From contig CAVZSV010000004.1 in NCBI GenBank assembly GCA_963778115.1, positions 1,536,001 through 1,600,000 on the forward strand: 64,000 nt of DNA, in the 5' to 3' direction. The position numbers and the translations under genes were made by a program. The DNA comes from an uncultured delta proteobacterium (GTDB taxonomy: Bacteria > Bdellovibrionota > FAC87 > UBA2466). The notes under the pieces were generated by a model. The model was not told where the DNA came from. It ran no database searches and worked only from the letters and a program-made list of their open reading frames with translations. Shown in pieces: positions 10,063 through 19,350 of this stretch (position 1 is its first letter; each line of letters opens with the position of its first letter).

Positions 10063-10208
10063 GACATTTCCTCTCTCGTTCGCCTCGAGCGATGCCTCAA
10101 CTTCTATTTTGCGCTAGTTAAATGGAAAGTTCGACTAGTATTTACGTAATAATATTAAATGGTTATATATTCCACAAAATTCCAAGGTTTCTATCGTAAT
10201 CTTTAGTC

Positions 10209-10309
10209 ATGGGGGATGCATAATCCCCGAAAGTTTATAAAGTTCGTTTCTCCTCGAACGAAACCAAAAGATAGCGGCCCCGAGATGGTCTCGGGGCCGT
10301 TTATTTTTT
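10209..10309 (+). ncRNA. Candidate small RNA (three hairpins, intrinsic terminator)
   Basis: Hairpins GGGGAT/ATCCCC (10212-10228), GTTCG/CGAAC (10242-10259) and CGGCCCCGAGA/TCTCGGGGCCG (10275-10299) followed by TTTATTTTTT; no plus-strand gene upstream. Confidence 0.45.
10275..10309 (+). terminator. Rho-independent terminator, possibly bidirectional
   Basis: Perfect 11-bp GC-rich stem, 3-nt loop, T-tract on the plus strand. Confidence 0.8.
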
Positions 10310-10337
10310 CACGCATTTTTTCCGAAAGTTTCTACGG

Positions 10338-11399
10338 TTAGGCTCCGCCATCATCACTCGCCAAGGTCCGTTCGTGAGGCCGCAGCAATCGATATTCGGG
10401 GGTTCCAAGAATATCCGCTAAAAGCTTCTCCCAACGATCTCCCGCGCGAAGCCTTTCCATCCAAGGTGCTATCTCAGCATCTGTCGCGTTGGGTTTCTTA
10501 AAATGAGTCGACGCCCAGCCCAGAGCCAATTTGGTTAGAAACGCTTCCGAAGATAGGATTTCAGCTACACAGTCCGCGGTGGTCTGTCCGTTTTCCAATT
10601 TACCCATGGACTCGGCAATGGCGCTGATAGGCTGGTCCTTTATCAGATCGCGATACAAAGCCATTAGCATCGCGCGGTTGGAACTTCCGTGCTGAACAAA
10701 ATAGTCTTCCGACGAAGCCACACCGATAATGAGATCCTTCCAGCCCCCCACCCGGGCAACAGGAATCCATTTGTCTATCTCTTCCTGCTTGGGTTCCCTA
10801 GAAAACAAAGACCGATAAGTGGTGCGGACCAACGCGAGATCATACTGAGGAGAGTTAAGAAAGCGCCAAGCAATGTCCGCGGCGGAGCTGCCGTCGGCAA
10901 AAGTATTTCGAAAAATCTCAATCTCTTCGTCTTTGGGTTCTCGATTTAAAAGTTCTTCATAAAGCCGGTGCACCCAGCGTCGTCCGGTCACTTGAATTCT
11001 TACATCGGGAGTTAGATCGCCGAAGCGAGCCACAAATTCTTGTACCATCTGCCATTGAAAGGGCTTGGCACCCAGACTTTGGGGACCGGTGATCGTAAAG
11101 TCAAATTCTGCCGTTTCGCCGGGAGCGACTTGCGTTCCCTTGGCGAGCCGAGCGCGATTGACTCCCCACATGTCATTTTCAGGGGGGTTTTGAGACCCGA
11201 GCCGGTATCCCTTCTGGTACGCGTCAAACCACGTCGTAGTGCCGGTATTCTGAATGACGATCTTTACCGGAATTCTCTCTCCTATACCAATCGCATAGGG
11301 AATATTTTGAGAAATAAAGGCCGCGCCGTTTGTAGCAAATGCACCGTGAGCCATCAAAGAAAGAAAGACAATCGCGCGAATGGAATGAGTATGGGGCAT
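10338..11399 (-). CDS. Secreted protein with an NBR1-like Ig domain and DUF4214-like helical repeats
   Basis: Signal peptide; NTGTTTW...VAPGETAEFDF...WQMV Ig pattern; repeated LYxxLLxREP...F/LxSxEY segments. Confidence 0.7.
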   Translation of the reverse strand: MPHTHSIRAIVFLSLMAHGAFATNGAAFISQNIPYAIGIGERIPVKIVIQNTGTTTWFDAYQKGYRLGSQNPPENDMWGVNRARLAKGTQVAPGETAEFDFTITGPQSLGAKPFQWQMVQEFVARFGDLTPDVRIQVTGRRWVHRLYEELLNREPKDEEIEIFRNTFADGSSAADIAWRFLNSPQYDLALVRTTYRSLFSREPKQEEIDKWIPVARVGGWKDLIIGVASSEDYFVQHGSSNRAMLMALYRDLIKDQPISAIAESMGKLENGQTTADCVAEILSSEAFLTKLALGWASTHFKKPNATDAEIAPWMERLRAGDRWEKLLADILGTPEYRLLRPHERTLASDDGGA

Positions 11400-11413
11400 A
11401 GATGTCGGTGTAC

Positions 11414-11440
11414 TTATCGGCAGAAGGAATCGGTACCCTA
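11414..11440 (-). promoter_or_regulatory. Putative sigma28 (FliA)-type promoter
   Basis: Minus strand TAGG-N15-GCCGATAA with an exact -10 box, 14 nt before the ATG at 11399. Confidence 0.55.
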
Positions 11441-11472
11441 AAGCAGTTTCCTGCGTCAGATGCGATGGTGCG

Positions 11473-12267
11473 TCAACCTAAGATGACGCTAGAAGTAGCT
11501 TCGAATAATCCAAAAGGAAGTAAGCCCTCCGAAGCGGACTCAGGTTCCGACTCGGCCATCCGGCGATCGTCTTTGTGGCGGCATTCTCGCGCGATTTTGG
11601 CGCGAAGCACGTCGAGGTTCCATTCGCCAGTGTTGAAAATGATCAGGTCTCCGAGTTTCAAGAATTCGGGAATACCCACTAGGGTTCGCCTAGCGGCATT
11701 GATCGCTTCTAACCCCAAAATAGGATTTTTGATCTCTTTTCCCGGACTAACCCATCTTAGACACTCTTTGGGAACCCAATAGGGTTGTATCTTCACCGGA
11801 GCATCAGCGGAAGAAGGCAACTTTTCGATGAAAGCCACCATATCCTTACCGTGAGTCGACTTAAGAAAATTTACGACGTGAACCGGAAAGAGTCCGGAAC
11901 CGAAATCGATTCCGAAGCGTTGTTCTCCATTGGGATCCTGGGAAAATAACGGATGAATTTTTGAAATCGAAAGTAATTTAGGGCGGTGGAAAGAAGCCTC
12001 TTCAGCTTTCTTGGCTTGATTGTCAAAATCGGTACAGTGCAGAAGGATATGCACAGTGGACAAATCAGAAATTACTCGATCTTTTTCATTCCGAAATTTG
12101 ATTCCCGACGGCATGGCAACGCCAAGACCTCCGCTGGATCGTGATACCGATCGAGCGTTGCCATCAAAAAGGGAAAGGATGCGGGTAAATACCTCTTCTG
12201 TGACGTCTCGGACGTGACGGATTCCTTGCGCATCATAGTAGACAAATTTCTTACTCGTTGCTGACAT
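11473..12267 (-). CDS. Hypothetical protein
   Basis: Long ORF; ATG at 12267 (MSATSKK) follows a GAGGG RBS-like sequence; no family recognised. Confidence 0.6.
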   Translation of the reverse strand: MSATSKKFVYYDAQGIRHVRDVTEEVFTRILSLFDGNARSVSRSSGGLGVAMPSGIKFRNEKDRVISDLSTVHILLHCTDFDNQAKKAEEASFHRPKLLSISKIHPLFSQDPNGEQRFGIDFGSGLFPVHVVNFLKSTHGKDMVAFIEKLPSSADAPVKIQPYWVPKECLRWVSPGKEIKNPILGLEAINAARRTLVGIPEFLKLGDLIIFNTGEWNLDVLRAKIARECRHKDDRRMAESEPESASEGLLPFGLFEATSSVILG

Positions 12268-12441
12268 AGACCCTCGCGGAACTCCTCGAACTCCACACGA
12301 TTTATTGAGATGCAACGCAAATACCAAGATCTTAGCCTTACCCAAACACCAAACTGTATCCAACGAGAAGTCACCCCGTAAGGCGTGGCGCAAGTGTCTA
12401 AGACTTAGACATACACGATGGGTGTCGCCGTGGAATTCGCT

Positions 12442-13221
12442 CTACTTCTCGATTTTCCGTTTCAATACCACCACCGTCTCGTACTCGTTTTTTCGAAGCA
12501 CCAAGGTTTCAAAGGGAAGTTGATAAGCCTGCTTTACATAACTCAGAAACTCTCGAAAAGTCTTTGTGGTCCAAACGTGAAAATGAATACTGATTTGGCC
12601 TCGCATTAGCTCTGTTGCTGTCTCAGCTATTTTATCGCCGGTTTTTCGCATTACCCTTTCGGTCCATTCAAGATAATGCTCCTCCCTGGAAATTTGGGGG
12701 CCGTCCGCGTGATCAGTGGCAAGGTGTTCATTGGGTGTTAGGCCCCGCTTCCGATCAAAAGTGAATCTCTTATCGGGAACCGAAATAAAGAGAATCCCTT
12801 CGGGTCGAACCACGCGAAGGAAATTCTTCAAAGTTCTGATAGGATCTTCACAGTGTTCGAGCATATGGTTGGCGATAATGAAATCTAGCGAAGACTCGGG
12901 GATCGTCATTAAACTCTCTCCATCATCAATGATATCGACGGCCACTAGTTTCTGTCCCGCAAGCTCCGGATAATGAATTCTCAGATCGCTTTCTTTTAAG
13001 CGATCCACGTAGCGGACTTTCACATGGCTGGGAACCTCAAGGGGTTGATTCAGAGCTCCAATTTCTATCCCCTCTCCGAAAAGAAACCGGTCGGCCAATT
13101 CCCGACGCCCTTCTAGAAAGGTCTTGTATCTAAATGGCGTGCGACTCAGTAACAAACGGCTGATAAATCGCGGCGCATGAATCGCTTTGCGCAAGACTGG
13201 TGGAAGCTCGTTCACGTCCAT
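12442..13221 (-). CDS. Class I SAM-dependent methyltransferase (glycan-modifying type)
   Basis: GIEIGA motif I, SLDFIIANHMLEH, VRPEGILFISVPD. Confidence 0.85.
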   Translation of the reverse strand: MDVNELPPVLRKAIHAPRFISRLLLSRTPFRYKTFLEGRRELADRFLFGEGIEIGALNQPLEVPSHVKVRYVDRLKESDLRIHYPELAGQKLVAVDIIDDGESLMTIPESSLDFIIANHMLEHCEDPIRTLKNFLRVVRPEGILFISVPDKRFTFDRKRGLTPNEHLATDHADGPQISREEHYLEWTERVMRKTGDKIAETATELMRGQISIHFHVWTTKTFREFLSYVKQAYQLPFETLVLRKNEYETVVVLKRKIEK

Positions 13222-13276
13222 GCTGGCCTTATACCTTAGCTAGTCTTTTGAGCGCTACTTGAACTATCATTAAGGG

Positions 13277-13975
13277 ATGCGTTATGTGGTCGCTCTCTTT
13301 TTAGCCCTCTTTTTCCATTTCCCTCGCGTCGCCAGCGCAGATGGCCTTGAAAAAAAGTGGTCTCATATCGAATATGGGGGAGCAAACGTAGAGTCGGGAG
13401 CGACTCGGGTGGAAGCTGGGGACAAACTAGAGCTGGATCTTCTCAAAAGAACGCTCGTCGAAATGGTTGAAAACTATGGCGATAACGGAACATTTTATGT
13501 GAACGATCTGAATCCGGGAATGACCCAACGGGCAGCGAACGCATTAAAGGCATTTGCCCTTTTGAAAGGCTTTAACGGCGTTGCTATTGTGGCTCTGCCG
13601 GGAGATTTTACCAATAACCTTTCCATACCCTTCACTAACACCGCGCATCTGAAAAACCCGCCCAGAGAATTCTTTGAGGGGAGAGATTCCGGACATTCAG
13701 CCCTTCAACGTCTCGCGAACCGTTCTTTACATGGACTGCAAGTCGTAACCTCGCAGCCTCAGCTAGATCTCTTCGCACAGCACTTTTCCAACATTCACGA
13801 CATGGGCGAGGGGGAATTCTATGTCGATCCCAAGGGTAAAGTGATTACGCACAAGAAGACCAAGCTTTACCAAGTAGACCCGAACGAGCATTTCACTCAA
13901 AACGTCATCGACGCCCTTTGGGTCGACTCCTGCGGGGCTCGTCTCTCGGAATTCGAAAGATTGATGAGTCGATAG
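13277..13975 (+). CDS. Secreted hypothetical protein
   Basis: N-terminal signal peptide ending ASA; 232-aa ORF. Confidence 0.65.
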   Translation: MRYVVALFLALFFHFPRVASADGLEKKWSHIEYGGANVESGATRVEAGDKLELDLLKRTLVEMVENYGDNGTFYVNDLNPGMTQRAANALKAFALLKGFNGVAIVALPGDFTNNLSIPFTNTAHLKNPPREFFEGRDSGHSALQRLANRSLHGLQVVTSQPQLDLFAQHFSNIHDMGEGEFYVDPKGKVITHKKTKLYQVDPNEHFTQNVIDALWVDSCGARLSEFERLMSR

Positions 13976-13994
13976 CCTTCTAGTGTATTTCCCT

Positions 13995-14021
13995 TAATCT
14001 CCAATGCTGATTAGCCGATAG
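13995..14021 (+). promoter_or_regulatory. Putative sigma28-type promoter
   Basis: TAAT-N15-GCCGATAG, 9 nt before the ATG at 14031. Confidence 0.4.
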
Positions 14022-14030
14022 GCCATTATC

Positions 14031-14837
14031 ATGGTCCTTTTCTCTCGTCACAGAAGCTGGATATTCCTACTGCTAACTATCTCAGCCCCGCTTACGGCAG
14101 CTTCCGTTATCAAAGCGAACCGACAGTATATTCTCGTATCAACGGATGCTTCGGGCCGTTGGAAATTAAATGAAAAGGCTTGCGTGGTTCGAAACGGCCA
14201 TTCAGTAGCTTGCGGAAAAGTATTTAAGATTTCAGACAAAGGAAACGCGATCATAAGAGTGGCGACCCGCACCGATCCCAGCCTCACGATTGTCGCGGGA
14301 GATTTGGTTTCTCGTAGCGGAAGAAACCTGGCGAGCGAGGGCCAGATACAATCTTCCGTGGATCGCTTCGATCCTGTCACTTCTAATTTTCAAGTGAGCC
14401 TAGAACTCTTGGGAGTAGCAGGACTCTACGATCTATTTGCTTCCTACCGCTTCTCCAAACATTGGGCCGCGAATTTAGGGTTTAGTTATTTTTCCGTTTC
14501 GACGACGGCTCTGGCCGGCACGGCAACAGCTTCTATCAGCGTACTTCAGTTTCCCTTCTCGATTTCAGCACTCCTAGGCGATGGGCCCAATAGCTCTTTC
14601 GAAATCCTCGGTGGCGGAGACTTGGCATTAGCTTCCGGTACGGCAACTGTCATTTCGTCTTCCGGCCTTTCCGGCAGCACGTCACAAGGCGGCCTATTGC
14701 TAGATTTAGGTTTGGGATATCGTTACTGGCCGGCTCAAGGGGGATTTCACTTTAGAGCTACCCTGTACGGTATCTATAGTCTGGCTGCCTCTTCGTTCTT
14801 CCCCTACGGTGGTGTCAGTCTCGGATACGCGTTCTAA
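14031..14837 (+). CDS. Outer-membrane beta-barrel protein with a small N-terminal domain
   Basis: Signal peptide, N-terminal Cys pair, amphipathic beta strands, C-terminal beta-signal GGVSLGYAF. Confidence 0.75.
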   Translation: MVLFSRHRSWIFLLLTISAPLTAASVIKANRQYILVSTDASGRWKLNEKACVVRNGHSVACGKVFKISDKGNAIIRVATRTDPSLTIVAGDLVSRSGRNLASEGQIQSSVDRFDPVTSNFQVSLELLGVAGLYDLFASYRFSKHWAANLGFSYFSVSTTALAGTATASISVLQFPFSISALLGDGPNSSFEILGGGDLALASGTATVISSSGLSGSTSQGGLLLDLGLGYRYWPAQGGFHFRATLYGIYSLAASSFFPYGGVSLGYAF

Positions 14838-14870
14838 TCAAGATTCCGCTGTCGCCGCCTATTTCGCCCC

Positions 14871-15095
14871 TTAGTCACAAGGGTTGTTCGCAATGGCGTT
14901 GGTAAGATCGGCGCAAGAGACGCCATTTCCTCGAAAGCTACATCCCTGACACGTGATCATTGTGCCCGCACCGTAGAATTTATTCGCCGTCGAATTATAG
15001 GGATAGCCCGCGGTATATCCACACGCGATGGTATTGAGACCTGGAGTCGAAGCGTACTGGGAATAGCTTAAGGTCATGGTGATCTCAACATTCAC
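14871..15095 (-). CDS. Small Cys-rich protein or gene remnant
   Basis: 74-aa ORF with 5 Cys and secreted-protein-like composition, but no signal peptide or clear RBS. Confidence 0.3.
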   Translation of the reverse strand: MNVEITMTLSYSQYASTPGLNTIACGYTAGYPYNSTANKFYGAGTMITCQGCSFRGNGVSCADLTNAIANNPCD

Positions 15096-15107
15096 GTTGG
15101 ATACAAT

Positions 15108-15134
15108 GAAGATAGAGGACCAGCCTCTATCTTC
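15108..15134. terminator. Stem-loop downstream of the 15166-16104 gene
   Basis: Perfect inverted repeat GAAGATAGAGG-N5-CCTCTATCTTC; weak U tail. Confidence 0.5.
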
Positions 15135-15165
15135 GCCCTAACAGCGCACATCGAAATCTAAAAGC

Positions 15166-16104
15166 TCACAACTGAATATTTGCCCCGACATACAGCGTGG
15201 AAATATTGTACCCGTTGGTGAAGGAAGCTGAAGCACTTGGGACACCCGATTCCGTATACCCTTGATAGGCATAGCGCACGAACAGAGCAGCGCTTTCCCA
15301 CGGTCGCCAACCCAACTCTACGCCAGGAACGAGTCTGACCGGAGTGCTATAAACGGTCGATTGACTTGGATAAGTCGTGTTAACCGAGTGCGAAGTCGCA
15401 AAGGTTGCGAACGCTTGCGCATAATAATCGTGAAAGACATGCACGCGGTAAAGCCCTTCCAACTGCACGGCAAAATAGCCGTCCTGATTGTAATTGTTGG
15501 CGGGATTAGCCGCGTTGTAAGTCCGGGAAAAATAGTAAAGAGCAGTCCCGATAAGAGAGAATTCGTGATCTCCCAATACGTAGCGAATATTACTCCCTAG
15601 ATCGACGATGTTCTGACCAGCGGAAAGTGCGGTATCGCCTAGGTTTGGCGTGAAATCGGCAAAGGCATTAGCGAACAATTTACCTTCGAGGCCTCCCACA
15701 TAACGGTAATTAAGCGTCAACGTAGGATCGTTCGGGTAAGTGGAACTCTGAGAGGTTGTCGTACTCGCTAAAATATTATTCGTCGTAAGTGTTTCGCTGA
15801 AATTAAAGGTGTCCGCTAACGAGATACTAAACTTATCGGTTATCCCGTAACCTAAAGTCGCCCCCATGGAATACGAAGTTCGCTTATAATCTATAGTGTT
15901 CTGTCCGCTTTGGACCATTAATTCGTCATAATGAAGGAAGGTATTGAAATTTACATTCAGGTTAAACACCCCTTGGGGGGCACGGTAATGCAAAGTGTCT
16001 ATCCGATTTCCCTCGTATGCACTCGACTCGTTCGTTTCCGCTCGAAGTCTGACAGCCCAACCCAAGGTGACCAATAGAATCAAAAGACCGATGTTTCTTC
16101 TCAT
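15166..16104 (-). CDS. Outer-membrane beta-barrel protein
   Basis: Signal peptide, Tyr/Asn/Thr-rich amphipathic strands, C-terminal LYVGANIQL; GGAGG RBS. Confidence 0.75.
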   Translation of the reverse strand: MRRNIGLLILLVTLGWAVRLRAETNESSAYEGNRIDTLHYRAPQGVFNLNVNFNTFLHYDELMVQSGQNTIDYKRTSYSMGATLGYGITDKFSISLADTFNFSETLTTNNILASTTTSQSSTYPNDPTLTLNYRYVGGLEGKLFANAFADFTPNLGDTALSAGQNIVDLGSNIRYVLGDHEFSLIGTALYYFSRTYNAANPANNYNQDGYFAVQLEGLYRVHVFHDYYAQAFATFATSHSVNTTYPSQSTVYSTPVRLVPGVELGWRPWESAALFVRYAYQGYTESGVPSASASFTNGYNISTLYVGANIQL

Positions 16105-16146
16105 TGTTAATCCCCTCCCTTAAATGTTGGTAATCCTATCACGGAA

Positions 16147-17397
16147 CTACTCGTTAGGTAGCTTCTTGGCCATCTCTTTGACGAGTTCTCCCAGATCTTC
16201 CCCCGAGGGATTAATTTCAATTCGATTTAAATTATCTTTTTCTATGGTGGCGGCGTCAGATCCCTTATTTGAAGGTTCGCAAGGCGCCCCCATCGTTCGT
16301 GCCGGAGCCGTTGGAGGTTTGGGGCTCACGGGTTTCCCGATACTGATACTAGCGGTAGTTTTGTCTTCTTTCTCGGACACCGGAGCCTGACTGTGGTTAA
16401 CCGTCCAATCCTGTCTTTCATCGACCCACCGGCGGTAACGTTCAAACGTCCACATGCCATCCGCGGCACCCGTCTGAAGCCATGTCGGAATTTTACTAAA
16501 TTGTCCGCTTCGAATGACCGACTTCACGGAAGTATTGGCGACCAGAATTTCGCACACGGGAACTCTGATCTTAAATTTCGGAAGATAAATGAGCTGCTGA
16601 CAAATTACCCCCACCAAACAATCTGCGACTTGATTGCAGATTGAGGACTGCAAATCAGAAGGAAAAGACATGCAGAGCCGGATTAACGCTTCCGCACAAG
16701 ACGAGGAGTGCACGGTGGAAAATACAAGGTGGCCTGTCTCCGCGGCATTCAGAGTCAAGCGCATAACATCCGGCGTGCGCATCTCTCCAATGACCAAGAC
16801 ATCAGGATCTTCGCGCATGGAATCGATAATCGCTTTTTCAAAGCTAGGCGTATGATGGCCCACCTCGCGCTGGCGGATAAACGACTTTCGACTCTTAAAA
16901 AAATATTCTATCGGGCTTTCGACCGTAACGATTTGTCGCCGGTGCAGGTGATTAATCTCTTCCACAAATGCCGCTAGGGTTGTCGATTTTCCGCTCCCGG
17001 TGGGGCCCGACACTAAGACGAGCCCGGTGTCCTTATTTAGGAATTGAGCGAAGTCAGAATGAACGTTGCAATCTTTAAGGGTATTTCGAAAGGTAGAAAG
17101 CAGGCGAACCGCAATGCTGACGCCCTTCATCGTTTGATAAAAATGCAGCCTACACCGAACTCCCGCGATGGTCTGAGAAAGGTCCGAAGATCTCTCAGAG
17201 AGAAAGGCCTGCCAGCGTTCCCCACCCAAAATCTCTCTCGCTAGCGAAAGAAGAGTCTCACCGGAAACAGTCGCTTCATTGGCAACCAGCTCGCCCCGAA
17301 CCCGCATCACTAGCGGCGATCCCGGCTCTAGATGCAAGTCACTAGCCCCGTTGTCCTTGGCAAGCCCGATCCAAGTATCAAGCTGAGTCATAGCCAA
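16147..17397 (-). CDS. pilT: PilT/PilU-family type IV pilus retraction ATPase (orphan paralog with a C-terminal tail)
   Basis: ASDLHL, GPTGSGKSTTL, Asp box TVESPIE, REDPDVLVIGEMR, His box AAETGHLVFSTVH. Confidence 0.88.
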   Translation of the reverse strand: MAMTQLDTWIGLAKDNGASDLHLEPGSPLVMRVRGELVANEATVSGETLLSLAREILGGERWQAFLSERSSDLSQTIAGVRCRLHFYQTMKGVSIAVRLLSTFRNTLKDCNVHSDFAQFLNKDTGLVLVSGPTGSGKSTTLAAFVEEINHLHRRQIVTVESPIEYFFKSRKSFIRQREVGHHTPSFEKAIIDSMREDPDVLVIGEMRTPDVMRLTLNAAETGHLVFSTVHSSSCAEALIRLCMSFPSDLQSSICNQVADCLVGVICQQLIYLPKFKIRVPVCEILVANTSVKSVIRSGQFSKIPTWLQTGAADGMWTFERYRRWVDERQDWTVNHSQAPVSEKEDKTTASISIGKPVSPKPPTAPARTMGAPCEPSNKGSDAATIEKDNLNRIEINPSGEDLGELVKEMAKKLPNE

Positions 17398-17447
17398 AAA
17401 TTATATCTGATGGGTAGGGCAAGCGTCATTGACGAACGTGCCGACCC

Positions 17448-18344
17448 CTATTTTTTCTGGTCGAAGAGCGTAACTCCAGCCCATAACCGAATCAGCCCGT
17501 CATCTTTAAGGAACGAAACTTCGACAAGGCTGCGCTTGGGATCAAAAGTGACATCTGCCCGATACTGAGATCCCCCTGCTGTAGTAACGCCGGAACGCGA
17601 TACCATGTCCCCAAGCCCAACGGAAACGTCCTTGCCTATAGGACCTTCCACCGCCACCTTTTTAGAATCGAAAGCAGGCTCGGTACTTCCAGGTAACTGG
17701 TCTTTGCTAAAGTTGACCGCAATTTTAAACAGATTATTTCGCCCATTGACGATTTCGATTAAAGTAAGATCGGTCGTCTTAGGTTCCCAGCTATCCAGCA
17801 AAGCGCCGATTCTTGCTGGATCCTTTTTGGATTTCTTATCTCCCAACATAAGAAAGGTATTTACCCCTCGAAACGTCGTGATGTTTACGACCGCCACCCC
17901 TGAATATTTTCCCTGTTCCTTATTGATGTCGATCTTCACATTTCCACAAGAGGCGTCAGCGCACTGAATTTTCGCACTCTGTTTGGGGACCTCTCTGTTC
18001 GTTAGAATTCCCGTCCCATCGGCAGCAATGGTTCCCAGCAATCCTGAAATAAAAGTACTGTACGGAAGGCCTTTATCATCCAGCTTGTCGAAGTCATAGT
18101 ATCCATAATTTAGAGTAGCGGAACGATCTTTGGGATTAAACTCGAAGGTTAAACTCTGAAGGCTTTGAGAAAAAGTCGTTATCGATTCGAAGTCTTTCTT
18201 GGTCGTCAAATCTCCGGCAACTGGCAAGGCGGAGTTAGTCCCGCGGTGAGAAAGGGCCGAAGGCTCTCCGCATCCTCCTACAACGCCCAGAAACAGTATC
18301 AAACCTATCGAGCTCGACAACTTATTAGACATCTTTGACATCAC
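17448..18344 (-). CDS. Lipoprotein of unknown function
   Basis: Lipobox-like VGGC after a hydrophobic stretch; GGAGGTGA RBS. Confidence 0.7.
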   Translation of the reverse strand: MMSKMSNKLSSSIGLILFLGVVGGCGEPSALSHRGTNSALPVAGDLTTKKDFESITTFSQSLQSLTFEFNPKDRSATLNYGYYDFDKLDDKGLPYSTFISGLLGTIAADGTGILTNREVPKQSAKIQCADASCGNVKIDINKEQGKYSGVAVVNITTFRGVNTFLMLGDKKSKKDPARIGALLDSWEPKTTDLTLIEIVNGRNNLFKIAVNFSKDQLPGSTEPAFDSKKVAVEGPIGKDVSVGLGDMVSRSGVTTAGGSQYRADVTFDPKRSLVEVSFLKDDGLIRLWAGVTLFDQKK

Positions 18345-18485
18345 TCACCTCCCGCTTTCACGTCTGCAATGGGAATAAATTCGGTTCACTCTGATTTAAT
18401 GCTGAACCTCTTATACTGGAGAGAAAATACATTCAACTGAGAAATGGGGAAGGATGGCTTGCCGTGCAAAGCCGCTGGCAAAGCA

Positions 18486-18570
18486 TGGTGCTCCGAGAGA
18501 GACTCGAACTCTCACAGGTTTCCCTATACGGTCCTGAGCCGTACGCGTCTACCAATTCCGCCATCGGAGC
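18486..18570 (-). tRNA. tRNA-Leu (anticodon CAG)
   Basis: GCTCCGA/TCGGAGC acceptor stem, D-loop TGGTAGAC, anticodon arm TACGG-CTCAGGA-CCGTA, long variable arm, GTTCGAGTC T-loop, encoded ACCA. Confidence 0.97.
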
Positions 18571-18654
18571 TTTTATCAGGCGTTCCTTTCAAGGATACTG
18601 AACCCTGGGATTATGTAGCTGTTTTGTCGTTATTTGTCTATTATGCTTCGCTAA

Positions 18655-19350
18655 ATGGCGAAACGCGGCAAAACAGGCTACTTCCTTTCCTTCGAAGGCG
18701 GCGAGGGCTCCGGAAAATCGACCCAGATGCGCAGGCTAGTCTGCTGGCTCGAATCCGAAGGAATGTCGGTCATCGTCAGTAAAGAGCCTGGCGGAACGGA
18801 AATCGGGAGAAAGATCCGTGAAATCTTGCTCAATCCCGAAACCAAAGGGCTAACCTCCCGCTCGGAGCTCCTTCTTTACGAAGCCGACCGGGCTCAACAT
18901 GCCGAAGAGGTTTTGCGCCCCGCTCTTAAGGCCCGCAAAATTATCGTTAGCGACCGATTCGCTGACTCTTCCACGGTGTACCAGGGAATCTGCCGAAACT
19001 TAGGTGTCGATTGGGTTGAAAAGCTTAATGACTTTGCCACCGAGGGGATCGAACCGAATCTGGTTCTCCTTCTCGATTTACCGGAAGACATTGGACTGAA
19101 GCGGATTCGAACCCGTCTTAAAACCGACGTTTGGCTCGGGGGAGTGCGTCGAAAAGTAAAACTCGATAGGCTCGATGGTGAGAAGCGTTCCTTCCACCGA
19201 GCCGTTCGCCGAGGGTTCTTACTACTGGCTAAGAGATACCCCCGGCGCTTTATCGTACTTGACGCGCGCCGTTCGGAAGACGAACTAGCCCAGGAGATTC
19301 AATCTCTGGTAAAAGCAAAATTGAAGGGAAAAGGGCTTTGGGGCAGTTAA
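18655..19350 (+). CDS. tmk: Thymidylate kinase
   Basis: FEGGEGSGKST P-loop, KEPGGT, DRFADSSTVYQG. Confidence 0.95.
   Translation: MAKRGKTGYFLSFEGGEGSGKSTQMRRLVCWLESEGMSVIVSKEPGGTEIGRKIREILLNPETKGLTSRSELLLYEADRAQHAEEVLRPALKARKIIVSDRFADSSTVYQGICRNLGVDWVEKLNDFATEGIEPNLVLLLDLPEDIGLKRIRTRLKTDVWLGGVRRKVKLDRLDGEKRSFHRAVRRGFLLLAKRYPRRFIVLDARRSEDELAQEIQSLVKAKLKGKGLWGS

Noticed and set aside
10216..10341. 41-codon plus-strand ORF in the sRNA candidate
   Set aside because: No properly spaced RBS, and it reads through the terminator hairpin.
18444..18782. 112-aa ORF
   Set aside because: Overlaps tRNA-Leu and the start of tmk; spurious.
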